Source: Terriglobia bacterium (GTDB lineage: Bacteria > Acidobacteriota > Terriglobia > UBA7540). Taken from it: a stretch of 64,000 nucleotides of DNA. The notes beneath the pieces are model-generated. The model was not told the DNA's origin and did not search any database. It saw nothing but the letters and a program-made list of their open reading frames with translations. Shown here one piece after another: positions 56,224-64,000 of the stretch. The stretch lies in assembly GCA_050012175.1 (NCBI GenBank), contig JBEKHR010000029.1, positions 1,205-65,204 of the forward strand, written 5' to 3'. Position 1 is the first letter of the stretch. Every line of letters begins with the position of its first letter. A program made the position numbers and the translations under genes.

Positions 56224-56915
56224 GGGCGCACCATGCTCATTTGAAAGCTCACCGTCGGCTGGGTGGAATTGCTGTTCATCTGTACGGACAGGTCCATCAG
56301 GGTCACCAGAACCGTCACGCGTCGCGTGCCGGAAAGGCAAATCGCGCTTACGCCGGCCACCGGAGTGTTGGCTTCGATAATCCAGCGTCGGTGAAACGTG
56401 GGGGAAGGCATCGTAGTCGGGTTAGTGACCGTTATGGTTCCGTCCGGAGCGTGGGTGGTGGTGGTGAAGATCGTGCTGCCACTGCCGGGGCTGCTCACCG
56501 TCTCGGAGAAGCAGCCGTAGGTCGGGTTCGGGCAGTCGGTGCTGTTGACCGTGGCCATGCAGACGTCGTCATAGTAGCTCACGACGGCCGAGTTTCCTGT
56601 CGACGAGCACATGTTGAGAGGCGGCGGACAAGTAGTAGGGTTTCCAATAATGTCCTGGGTCAGACTGCCTATAGACGAGCTTGCCGCTGGCACGCAAATC
56701 TGCGGATCGTCGACGTCCCACCGGTTCAGGTCCTCCAACTTTTCCGAGGCCAATTCTGCCGCCAGGTTCATGTACTTCGACTGGTGACTGGTGTTCATGC
56801 AGCGCCCGGCCAGGAGGGCAGTCGCTAGCACTCCTATCAGAAGGACGATGAGCGCCACAAGGGTCTCCAAGAGGGTGAACCCATGGTCCGAAGCAGCTCT
56901 AGTTGGACGAAACAT
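56220..56915 (-). CDS. prepilin-type minor pilin (PilV-like)
   Basis: MFRPTRAASDHG/FTLLETLVALIVLLIGVLA class-III signal. 231 aa. Confidence 0.8.
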   Translation of the reverse strand: MFRPTRAASDHGFTLLETLVALIVLLIGVLATALLAGRCMNTSHQSKYMNLAAELASEKLEDLNRWDVDDPQICVPAASSSIGSLTQDIIGNPTTCPPPLNMCSSTGNSAVVSYYDDVCMATVNSTDCPNPTYGCFSETVSSPGSGSTIFTTTTHAPDGTITVTNPTTMPSPTFHRRWIIEANTPVAGVSAICLSGTRRVTVLVTLMDLSVQMNSNSTQPTVSFQMSMVRP

Positions 56916-57420
56916 CGCCGACTCCTGTCACGCTAATGGTCTTCGTCAAAAGGCCGTTGCTGATCGTAAAACTCAAAGTGCCTGTAGTAGCCGAAACCGT
57001 GCCGTTGGCGTTGAATTGAAGCGTGGTGGTCGTGTTGATTGTGACGTCGTGAACACCACTGATCGGGATAGCGGTGCCTACGTTCGTAAAGCTCGTCGCC
57101 GGGGGCGGCTCGCTTGCTACCTGATAGTTGCCATTCGTGCTGAACGTTATATTGTACGGGTAAGCGTGCATGATGGCCTGGTAGCGGGTGGCCGAAATCG
57201 CTCCGGTGGCGGCGGACACGGCCGCGATCAGCCGATAATTGCGCAAGGCATTCACGGTTGTTGGGACCGCCGTGGCTACCAGCGTGCTCACCACCACAAG
57301 AGTGATGACGATCTGGAGCAAACTATAACCGTCGCTCCTTTGGGCTGCGCTTCGTCTGGCACGGCTTGCCACCGCCCTATTCACGTCATTCACCACAATG
57401 GGCCGCCTTCCCTGCTTCAC
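56899..57420 (-). CDS. GspH/FimT-like pseudopilin with a degenerate class-III signal
   Basis: ...AAQRSDG/YSLLQIVITLVVVSTLVATAVP followed by ...ISATRYQAI... The position and size fit the first gene of a fimT-pilVWX operon. The canonical Phe+1 and Glu+5 are replaced by Tyr and Gln. Confidence 0.6.
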   Translation of the reverse strand: MKQGRRPIVVNDVNRAVASRARRSAAQRSDGYSLLQIVITLVVVSTLVATAVPTTVNALRNYRLIAAVSAATGAISATRYQAIMHAYPYNITFSTNGNYQVASEPPPATSFTNVGTAIPISGVHDVTINTTTTLQFNANGTVSATTGTLSFTISNGLLTKTISVTGVGDVSSN

Positions 57421-57762
57421 ATTACTGTGCTCATTATTAATCTATTTGCAAACCATCCTCCCGCATCGCGCCTGAGCGGCAGATGACACCGCCCCCGAAA
57501 CACTCTTTCCGCTACAATGGTGGTGGTGTCAGTGCCTGGGGGGACAGCCTTCGTGTAGTTGTTGATAGCAGTCCGAATGCGCTCTCCCGCAACGCCACGT
57601 GACTGCCGGCGTGTCACCAAGTGCTCTGCACGTGGTGTCACCTCCCCGCTAGTTTCCATCCAGTGCTGTCTGTTGCCAACAGTACGGGGGTACTAGGGAC
57701 GTATTCTCCTCTGGTCCTGGCCCATTACCATCGCTTCTGGTTGCCGCAAAGTGCAGCTTGAG

Positions 57763-58010
57763 CCCGAATTCGAAAGTTGGGAGCCGCCGGTCGAGCCGAA
57801 TCAATTGATTCGAGGCCCGTTTGACGGAGATACCGGAGGAACAAAATGGTGCGGGGTCGGGCGTAGGGGCACAGCGCGCTGTGCCCCTACAAGAGGCCCG
57901 TTTGACGGAGATACCGGAGGAACAAAATGGTGCGGGGTCGGGCGTAGGGGCACAGCGCGCTGTGCCCCTACAAGATGTACGTCGCACCCACGCTAACTTC
58001 CGAATTCGGG
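57763..58010. mobile_element. MITE-like element (copy 2 of the 42537-42702 family) with an internal 81-bp tandem duplication
   Basis: Same TIRs as copy 1 (CCCGAATTCGAAAGTT ... AACTTCCGAATTCGGG). Units 57813-57893 and 57894-57974 are identical, and each contains the GTAGGGGCACAGCGCGCTGTGCCCCTAC hairpin. Confidence 0.8.
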
Positions 58011-58226
58011 TTGAGTGGTTGCGCTAAGGATGACGGTTGCCTTCGCAATCAGAAAGCGGAAATCGGAAACTGGAAATTAGAAACTGGCAGCTAACGCAAT
58101 GGAGTTTTAGCGGGTTGTCCCCAACGAGGGCGGAGAATCCCGCGCTTCGCCCCGGTCGAGCGTCGTGTGGCCCTACATGCACAGGGGCCGGGGGCTGCGG
58201 CAGTAGGGGCGGTTCGCGAACCGCCC

Positions 58227-59666
58227 CTACTTCAGTACCACATTGCCCAGGTATCCGCAGTTCTCGCCGTCAATATCTTTCACGAAGACGCTCACACGGA
58301 AGGTGCCTGCGGGCGCCGGGATGGACTTATCGAGTCGGACAACCTCTCGGGGATCGACGGTCTGCAAGGTCGCCTGACCCAGTTCCTCTCCCATTACATT
58401 GTAGAAGTTAGCGACCAGAGTTCCTGGGGTGAAGACGCCGAAGACGCCCTTCAGACTAACCTGCCCACCTTCCAGGTTACCGGCAAGCGGCTCGTTGATG
58501 GCGCCTGCCCATACGGCGTTCAGCACGGGGTTCGGGACACTGGTGGGTGACCAATAGACCGGGAACGAGTATTCCTCGCCGGGGTTAAGTGTCGCATAGG
58601 GGCTTAGCACCTCGGTTTCGAGGATGTAGGGATTTTGCTTCGGGTCGTCAGGAAGAGTCTGGTCCCAAGGGCCGCGGGAAATTATACCGGGGCCGTTATT
58701 CCAGGTTTCCACGGCGGCGCCGTCGGGATATTCCTTTTCGGGGAAACAAGTGAAGTTCTCGACGAAGCCGATGTTTTTCTGTCCGTTGACCACCGCGTAC
58801 CAGCCTCGGTCCGTGTCGGCTGCGGCCTTCCCGACGCGGTAGAGATAATGGGCGCGCAGCATGTGGCCCCCGTGCAGGAGCTCGTAGCTTGGGTGTCGAG
58901 CGTCACCATACGGGTTGTAGTAGCCCCGGGGATACTTGCTGTGGGGATTGAGCGGGAGATACATGAACAGGTCGGGGTTTGGTTTCGAAGGGTCGTGGGC
59001 GTCCGCAGCATCGTTCTGAATTAAGTGCCAGATCCCCCAACGAATCTGCCGGCGGCTGATGTTGCGCATCACCTGGTCGACCTTAAGGCGCGTGGTCCCG
59101 GCATAAACGTGATACGTCCGCACAAATTGCACACCGGTGCGCGGGTCCGCAGGACTGGTCACGCGGACGGCGACCTCGGCGGGCGTCTCCGTGACCAACT
59201 CGGCCGTATACTTGCTGCCGTCCAGTATGTAGTAGGGAATGCTGGGCCATTGATCCTCGCTCATCCAACCTTCCGGTCCGGGCCAGACTTTGTCACCGCC
59301 GTAGTTCGCCCAGCCGGCCTTGAGGTTGTTCTGTTCAGGCGGCAGGACTTTCCCGGCCAAGTCTTTATTCACAAAGAAGAACCCCTTCTCGCCAAGCTGC
59401 AACTGGATGGCGCGGCCCCCGATGTCCGGAGCGACATAAAGGGTGACGATGCCATTGGTCAGGCGATAGGCGTTCCAGCCGTTGAATTGAGTCTTTTCAA
59501 GGCTTGCGGAAAAGGAATTATTCTGAGTTGCCATGGCAAACCTCGCTGAAAATAAGGTTGTCGGATTTGTTGTTAAATAATTGTGCCGCGATCCGGTTGC
59601 TACGCCAATTGATGCCAGCAAAGTGCCGAGGGCGCAGCCAATCAGCATCCTCTGAACTCGTCCCAT
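58227..59666 (-). CDS. secreted hypothetical protein (possibly a galactose-mutarotase-like/DUF4380-type fold)
   Basis: 479 aa with signal peptide MLIGCALGTLLASIGVATG. It is the last gene of the sugar cluster. The family impression is weak. Confidence 0.55.
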   Translation of the reverse strand: MGRVQRMLIGCALGTLLASIGVATGSRHNYLTTNPTTLFSARFAMATQNNSFSASLEKTQFNGWNAYRLTNGIVTLYVAPDIGGRAIQLQLGEKGFFFVNKDLAGKVLPPEQNNLKAGWANYGGDKVWPGPEGWMSEDQWPSIPYYILDGSKYTAELVTETPAEVAVRVTSPADPRTGVQFVRTYHVYAGTTRLKVDQVMRNISRRQIRWGIWHLIQNDAADAHDPSKPNPDLFMYLPLNPHSKYPRGYYNPYGDARHPSYELLHGGHMLRAHYLYRVGKAAADTDRGWYAVVNGQKNIGFVENFTCFPEKEYPDGAAVETWNNGPGIISRGPWDQTLPDDPKQNPYILETEVLSPYATLNPGEEYSFPVYWSPTSVPNPVLNAVWAGAINEPLAGNLEGGQVSLKGVFGVFTPGTLVANFYNVMGEELGQATLQTVDPREVVRLDKSIPAPAGTFRVSVFVKDIDGENCGYLGNVVLK

Positions 59667-59684
59667 GACCTTCTACCCCCCTTT

Positions 59685-59847
59685 GTCATTCCGATCCCGC
59701 AGTCGCGGGAGAGGAATCTCGCTCTGTTCTTTCTTCCTCCTGTCCCCAGGTCACCTTGAGCGCCGGTCCGCAGGCAGAGCGAGATTCCTCCCCTTCGCTC
59801 CGCTCTGGGTCGGAATGACAACGTTCACGAAGGTCTTTCAGCATCCT
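59685..59847. mobile_element. GTCATTCYGAG-family element lacking the left terminal repeat
   Basis: GTCATTCCGATCCCGCAGTCGCGGGAGAGGAATCTCGC ... GCGAGATTCCTC...GGTCGGAATGACAACGTTCACGAAGGTCTTTCAGCATCCT. The right end is near-identical to that of 6159-6319. Confidence 0.7.
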
Positions 59848-59870
59848 GCTGCGCCGAACGCGGTTCGGCC

Positions 59871-61400
59871 CTACGCCAAATTCGCCAGCGTGTGCGCCAA
59901 ATCCCGGACGGCGGGATAAAGGTCGCGATACACCTGGTAATAGCGGTCATAAGCTTTGACGTTTTCCGCCAGGGGCGTCATGCTCTCTTTCACCTGTATG
60001 GCTTCTGCCGCTGCTTCCGAAACGCTCGAATAGGTCTTTGCCGCGACGCCGGCGAGCAAGGCAGCGCCGAAGGCAGAGCCTTCCGAGGTTCGGAGGGTCA
60101 CGAGTTCGGTGCCAAATATATCCGCCTGGATTTCTCGCCAAGTGAAGTTGCGCGAGCCGCCGCCCGAGGAGCGAATCTGCTCGACCGGAATTTTCAGCTC
60201 TCTGAATATCTCGATCGAGTCGCGCAGGCTGAACGCCACCCCTTCCAGGATGGAGCGGATGAGGTGTGCTCGCGTGTGAACAGCGGTCAGACCGAACCAC
60301 ATGCCGCGCGCCTGGGCGTCGAGGTGAGGCGTCCGCTCGCCCATCAGGTAGGGCAGCCACAAGACGCCGCCACTTCCAGGGGGAATTTCCCGGGCCTCGT
60401 TGATAATGAGGTCGTAAGCATCGGCGTCCGTGTGGCGGGCGTACCAGCTCTCCGAAGCTGCAAAGTTGTCGCGGAACCAGCGCAGGGAGAGTCCGGCGCC
60501 CTGAGTGACCCCCATCACGTGCCATTTGCCGGGAACGGCGTGGCAGAACGTATGGATGCGACCACGGGGGTCGAGCTTGGGCGCCTCGGTGTAGGCAAAG
60601 ATCACACCCGAGGTGCCCAGCGTGGCGGAGGTCAGCCCGGGCTCGACGATCCCATTGCCCACGGCGCTTGCGGCTTGGTCGCCTGCACCGCCCACCACCG
60701 GCGTCCCGGCGCTCAAGCCGGTGAGTACGGCGGCCTCGGGTGTGATCTGTCCCGTGATTTCGACAGACTCGTAGGCGCGCGGCAGGAGCTTGGCGTCCAA
60801 ATCAAGCGCCGACAACATCTCGCGCGACCACCGGCGGTTGGTCACATCAAAAAGCAAAGTGCCCGAGGCGTCCGAGACGTCGGTGGCAAATTCACCCGTA
60901 AGACGGAAACGCACAAAATCCTTGGGCAGGAGGAAGTGAGCGGCGCGCTCGAAAATCTTCGGCTCCTCATCGCGGATCCAAAGCAGCTTGGGCGCGCTGA
61001 AGCCTGTGAGGGCGGGATTGGAGACCAGCTTGATCAATCGCTCCGCCCCGACCGTTGCGGTGATCCAGTCGCATTGGGCTTGGCTGCGTTGGTCGCACCA
61101 GATCAAGGAGGGCCGCAGGACCGCCGGCGTGCTGTCCATCAGAACCACGCCATGCATTTGGCCGGAAAACCCCACGGCGTCAATGTCGCCGCCCTTGAGC
61201 TGGGCTTGCTCGAGGGCCCCACGGATGGCCACCAGAGTCGCGCGCCACCAGTCCTCAGGCTCCTGCTCTGCCCAACCGGGCTTGGCCATTTTCATGGGCT
61301 GGTGATCGCCCGTGGCAGCTCCCACAATATGACCATCCGGGCGGACGATGATTGCCCGTGTCCCGGTGGTTCCAACGTCAATTCCCATCATGTAGGCCAT
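59871..61400 (-). CDS. xylB: xylulokinase (FGGY carbohydrate kinase)
   Basis: MMGIDVGTTGTRAII...GWAEQEPEDWW...FSGQMHG...GGAGDQAASAVGNG...GGGSRN. Confidence 0.88.
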   Translation of the reverse strand: MAYMMGIDVGTTGTRAIIVRPDGHIVGAATGDHQPMKMAKPGWAEQEPEDWWRATLVAIRGALEQAQLKGGDIDAVGFSGQMHGVVLMDSTPAVLRPSLIWCDQRSQAQCDWITATVGAERLIKLVSNPALTGFSAPKLLWIRDEEPKIFERAAHFLLPKDFVRFRLTGEFATDVSDASGTLLFDVTNRRWSREMLSALDLDAKLLPRAYESVEITGQITPEAAVLTGLSAGTPVVGGAGDQAASAVGNGIVEPGLTSATLGTSGVIFAYTEAPKLDPRGRIHTFCHAVPGKWHVMGVTQGAGLSLRWFRDNFAASESWYARHTDADAYDLIINEAREIPPGSGGVLWLPYLMGERTPHLDAQARGMWFGLTAVHTRAHLIRSILEGVAFSLRDSIEIFRELKIPVEQIRSSGGGSRNFTWREIQADIFGTELVTLRTSEGSAFGAALLAGVAAKTYSSVSEAAAEAIQVKESMTPLAENVKAYDRYYQVYRDLYPAVRDLAHTLANLA

Positions 61401-61432
61401 AGCATTGAGTCCTGTAAGAGTATTTTCAAGAG

Positions 61433-61556
61433 CAGGATTCAGGATTCAGGGGAAAGAAATGTGCCGGAGGGTGAGTGCTAAGGGTTTGCTCCTCCCTAGA
61501 TTCCAGCCCCTGTTAATCCCTGGCTCCTGAATCCCGAATCCTGAATCCTGAATCCT
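61433..61556. repeat. inverted heptad arms (GGATTCA units) between xylB and the oxidoreductase gene
   Basis: CAGGATTCAGGATTCAGGGG ... CTCCTGAATCCCGAATCCTGAATCCTGAATCCT. The unit family is the same as at 31936-32155 and 62941-62968. Confidence 0.65.
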
Positions 61557-62715
61557 AGATCTTCACTTTCTCCCACCGCCCTGACTTTGCCGAGCGCTCC
61601 ACAGCGTCCAGGACGGCTTGAACCTTCACGCCTTCGCCAAACCCGGGCTGGGCAGGCTGGCCCTTCTCCAATCCCGTCAGGAAGTCGTGGAGGGCATGGA
61701 CGAACGTGTGCTCGTAACCAATGATGTGGCCTGGTGGCCACCATGCGCCGACGTAAGGATGGTTGCCCTCTGTCACCATGATCGTCTTGAAGCCCTGCTG
61801 CTCATTGGGCTCCGTGCGATCATAGAATTCCAGCTCGTTCATCCTTTCCATGTTGAAAGCCAGACTGCCTTTGCTGCCGTAGATTTGGAAGGTGTTGTAA
61901 TTCCTCCGGCCCCCGGCGAAGCGTGACGACTCAAAGACTCCCACGGCGCGGTTCTTGAAGCGGGCGAGAAAGTTCGAGTCATCATCCACTGTGACCTTGC
62001 CTTTCTTCCCTTCTGCTCCTTTGGCTCCCCAGGCGCCTTCACCGGTGCCGGGCAAAGGCCGCTCCCTAATGAACGTGGTCATCTGGCCGGCGACTGATTC
62101 GATGTAACCATTCAGGAACTGGGCTAGGTCGGCGGCGTGTGCCCCGATGTCTCCCAGGGCGCCGCTGCCCGCGTATTTTTTTTCCAGGCGCCAGACCAGG
62201 GGGAAGTCTGGATCCATGATCCAGTCCTGGAGGTACGCGCCGTGATAATGATAGACCTGCCCCAGGCGGCCCTCTTCGATGAGCTTCTTGGCGAAGGCTA
62301 CCGCGGGCACCCGGCGATAATTAAAGTTCACCATGTGGGAGACACCGGCTTTTTCCACCGCGCGGAGCATCTCCTTGGCCTGAGCCAGATTGTTGGCCAG
62401 GGGCTTCTCGCAGATAACGTGCTTGCCAGCCTCGGCGGCGGCTATGGCCATGGGGTGGTGAAGGTACCCCGGCGTCGAGATATCCACGAGGTCAATATCC
62501 TTACGTTCGATTACCCGGCGCCAGTCGCAGTCGGACTCTTCCCAGCCCAACTGCTGCGCCGTGGCCTCGAGTTCTTCGCTGCAAGCCTTCCCACAGAGCA
62601 CTTTCATGCGCGGCCGATACTTGCCGGGAAAGAACCTGCTGACCTGCCGGTAAGCGTTTGAATGGGCCTTGCCCATGAATTGGTGACCGATTAGAGCAAC
62701 GTTGATTTCTGGCAT
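61555..62715 (-). CDS. Gfo/Idh/MocA-family NAD(P)-dependent oxidoreductase
   Basis: MPEINVALIGHQFMGKAHSNAY (Rossmann N-terminus) ...EKPLA... ATG at 62715 preceded by AAAGAGGTG. Confidence 0.85.
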   Translation of the reverse strand: MPEINVALIGHQFMGKAHSNAYRQVSRFFPGKYRPRMKVLCGKACSEELEATAQQLGWEESDCDWRRVIERKDIDLVDISTPGYLHHPMAIAAAEAGKHVICEKPLANNLAQAKEMLRAVEKAGVSHMVNFNYRRVPAVAFAKKLIEEGRLGQVYHYHGAYLQDWIMDPDFPLVWRLEKKYAGSGALGDIGAHAADLAQFLNGYIESVAGQMTTFIRERPLPGTGEGAWGAKGAEGKKGKVTVDDDSNFLARFKNRAVGVFESSRFAGGRRNYNTFQIYGSKGSLAFNMERMNELEFYDRTEPNEQQGFKTIMVTEGNHPYVGAWWPPGHIIGYEHTFVHALHDFLTGLEKGQPAQPGFGEGVKVQAVLDAVERSAKSGRWEKVKI

Positions 62716-62737
62716 CTTCGGATTCACCTCTTTCCAT

Positions 62738-62968
62738 AAGTGACAAGTGACGAGTGACAAGTGACCAGCGGGAACTACAGGAGTCAGAGGAGAAGGGGCT
62801 GGGGACTAGGGGCTGGGGAAGCACGGAAGGCAACTGGCAGTCAGCAGCCGCCCAAAAGAAACCGCGATCTGGTGTTGGTGATTTGCCCTTCACTGCTCCC
62901 TAGCACGCACTCCCTGCTCTTCTGCCTACCTCCTACTGACCCCTGACTCCTGAATCCTGAATCCTGCT
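62738..62968. repeat. intergenic heptad tracts (AGTGACA, GGGGCTG and GGATTCA units)
   Basis: AAGTGACAAGTGACGAGTGACAAGTGACC (62738-62766); GGGGCTGGGGACTAGGGGCTGGGG (62795-62818); CTGACTCCTGAATCCTGAATCCTG (62944-62967). Confidence 0.6.
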
Positions 62969-62972
62969 CTTC

Positions 62973-63932
62973 TCACGCCCACCACATCTCCTTGAGTTTT
63001 TCTTTGATAATGACTTGGTTCAAGAAATTGGCCGCTTTGGTCAGACCCTCGTCCACAGACATCAGGCTGTCTTCGTGTTCGATGGACAGCACATCGTCGT
63101 AACCCACCATCTGGAGCGTGGAGACAAAGTCCGCCCAGAAATCCAAGTCGTGACCGTAACCGACGGTGCGGAAGATAAACGAGCGGTTTTTCTCGTCGCT
63201 ATAGGGTTTGGTGTCGAGCACGCCATTCACCATGATGTTGACATTGTAAAGGCGCGTGTCCTTGGCGTGGATGTGAAATACTGCTTCGCCCAGCTTGCGC
63301 ACCGCAGCACAGGGGTCAATACCTTGCCAGAACATGTGGCTGGGATCGAAGTTGCAACCGATGGCAGGTCCGGCGGCTTCCCTAAGGCGGAGCATGGTTT
63401 CCGGGTTGTAAACCACGAATCCCGGATGCATTTCGATGCCGATCCGTACCCCGTGGTCCTGCGCAAACTTGGCGCGCTTCGTCCAGAAGGGGATAACTTT
63501 TTTCTCCCACTGCCATTTCAAGATTTCCAGGAAATCCGGCGGCCAGGGCGTGGTGGACCAATTCGGGTATTGAGCATTATCCGAATCGCCAGGACAACCG
63601 GAAAAATCGATCACCCGCGTAACGCCCAGTTTTTCCGCCATCAAAATCGTCTTGCGGTTGATTTCGGCGTGCGCCTCCGCAATCTTCTTGTTGGGATGAA
63701 GCGGGTTGCCATGGCAACTCAAGGCGCTGATGCTGATGCCCTGGTCCTCGAGCTTTTGCTTGAACTCTTTAATCTTGGAGGGTTGGCTCATCCAGTCCAG
63801 CTTCAGATGCGGGTCGCCAGGGTAGTTCCCGGTTCCCAACTCGACGGTGCGGATGCCGAGAGGCTTTATCTTTTCGATGACCTCGTCCAAACTGAGCCTA
63901 GCCAGGAGCGCCGTAAAGAGTCCGACCTTCAT
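62973..63932 (-). CDS. sugar phosphate isomerase/epimerase (xylose-isomerase-like TIM barrel)
   Basis: 319 aa. MKVGLFTALLARLSLDEVIEKIKPLGIRTVELGTGNYPG...IEMHPG...SIEHED pattern. Confidence 0.82.
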   Translation of the reverse strand: MKVGLFTALLARLSLDEVIEKIKPLGIRTVELGTGNYPGDPHLKLDWMSQPSKIKEFKQKLEDQGISISALSCHGNPLHPNKKIAEAHAEINRKTILMAEKLGVTRVIDFSGCPGDSDNAQYPNWSTTPWPPDFLEILKWQWEKKVIPFWTKRAKFAQDHGVRIGIEMHPGFVVYNPETMLRLREAAGPAIGCNFDPSHMFWQGIDPCAAVRKLGEAVFHIHAKDTRLYNVNIMVNGVLDTKPYSDEKNRSFIFRTVGYGHDLDFWADFVSTLQMVGYDDVLSIEHEDSLMSVDEGLTKAANFLNQVIIKEKLKEMWWA

Positions 63933-64000
63933 ATCAGGTCTCCTTTTCTTGAATGTTAGCGTGGGCGCCGCCGGTCAGGCATGTTGCCAGTACTGACGTC

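Noticed and set aside
57813-57974. Tandem repeats considered as a CRISPR array (also the units inside 31970-32120)
   Set aside because: There are only 2-3 directly abutting units with no unique spacers, the unit length of 81 nt (or ~55-70 nt) is atypical, and no cas genes are present in the window.
59892-61481. 529-aa plus-strand ORF
   Set aside because: It is exactly antisense to the well-supported xylulokinase gene. The composition is Arg/Gly/Ala-rich with no motifs, which is typical of a shadow ORF in GC-rich DNA.
63015-63959. 314-aa plus-strand ORF
   Set aside because: It is antisense to the TIM-barrel isomerase gene. It is a shadow ORF with no recognisable motifs.

Overview
This is a 64-kb chromosomal window at roughly 58-60% GC. 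I infer an Acidobacteriota (Terriglobia-like) origin from three paralogs of the acidobacterial VWFA-related protein family, tandem PEGA-domain proteins and the style of the intergenic repeats. About 50 protein genes can be supported.

Housekeeping genes: rlmB, acpS, pgeF, rlmN, thiI, lipA, ilvD and xylB.

Other gene sets:
- a four-gene RND efflux operon (mdtA/B/C-like plus a NodT-type outer-membrane factor);
- a UvrD-type helicase fused to a Cas4/AddB-type Fe-S nuclease, next to rmuC;
- a minor-pilin operon (fimT/gspH-like, pilV-like, pilW-like and a giant pilX-like gene);
- a sugar-utilisation cluster at the right end;
- a restriction-modification-like pair at the left edge (beta-class methyltransferase fused to an Mrr-type nuclease domain, plus a partial PD-(D/E)xK gene).

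I found no rRNA, tRNA or CRISPR array.

Observations most worth a second look:
1. An AhpD/CMD-family gene has an in-frame TGA exactly at the second Cys of its CxxC motif, with a SECIS-like hairpin just downstream. This makes it a candidate selenoprotein.
2. A compact minus-strand unit consists of a near-consensus promoter, a Shine-Dalgarno (SD) site, an 11-codon Lys-rich micro-ORF and an intrinsic terminator.
3. A 102-nt nested palindrome sits in frame inside the helicase gene.
4. A decayed REP-associated tyrosine transposase (RAYT) gene is bracketed by exact inverted REP hairpins, and GTAG-headed palindromes occur elsewhere.
5. The intergenic repeats are very rich: several MITE-like families, and many unrelated intergenic tracts that all share 7-nt periodicity and mostly form inverted pairs.

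All functional calls rest on motif recognition in the translated ORFs. No database search was possible.
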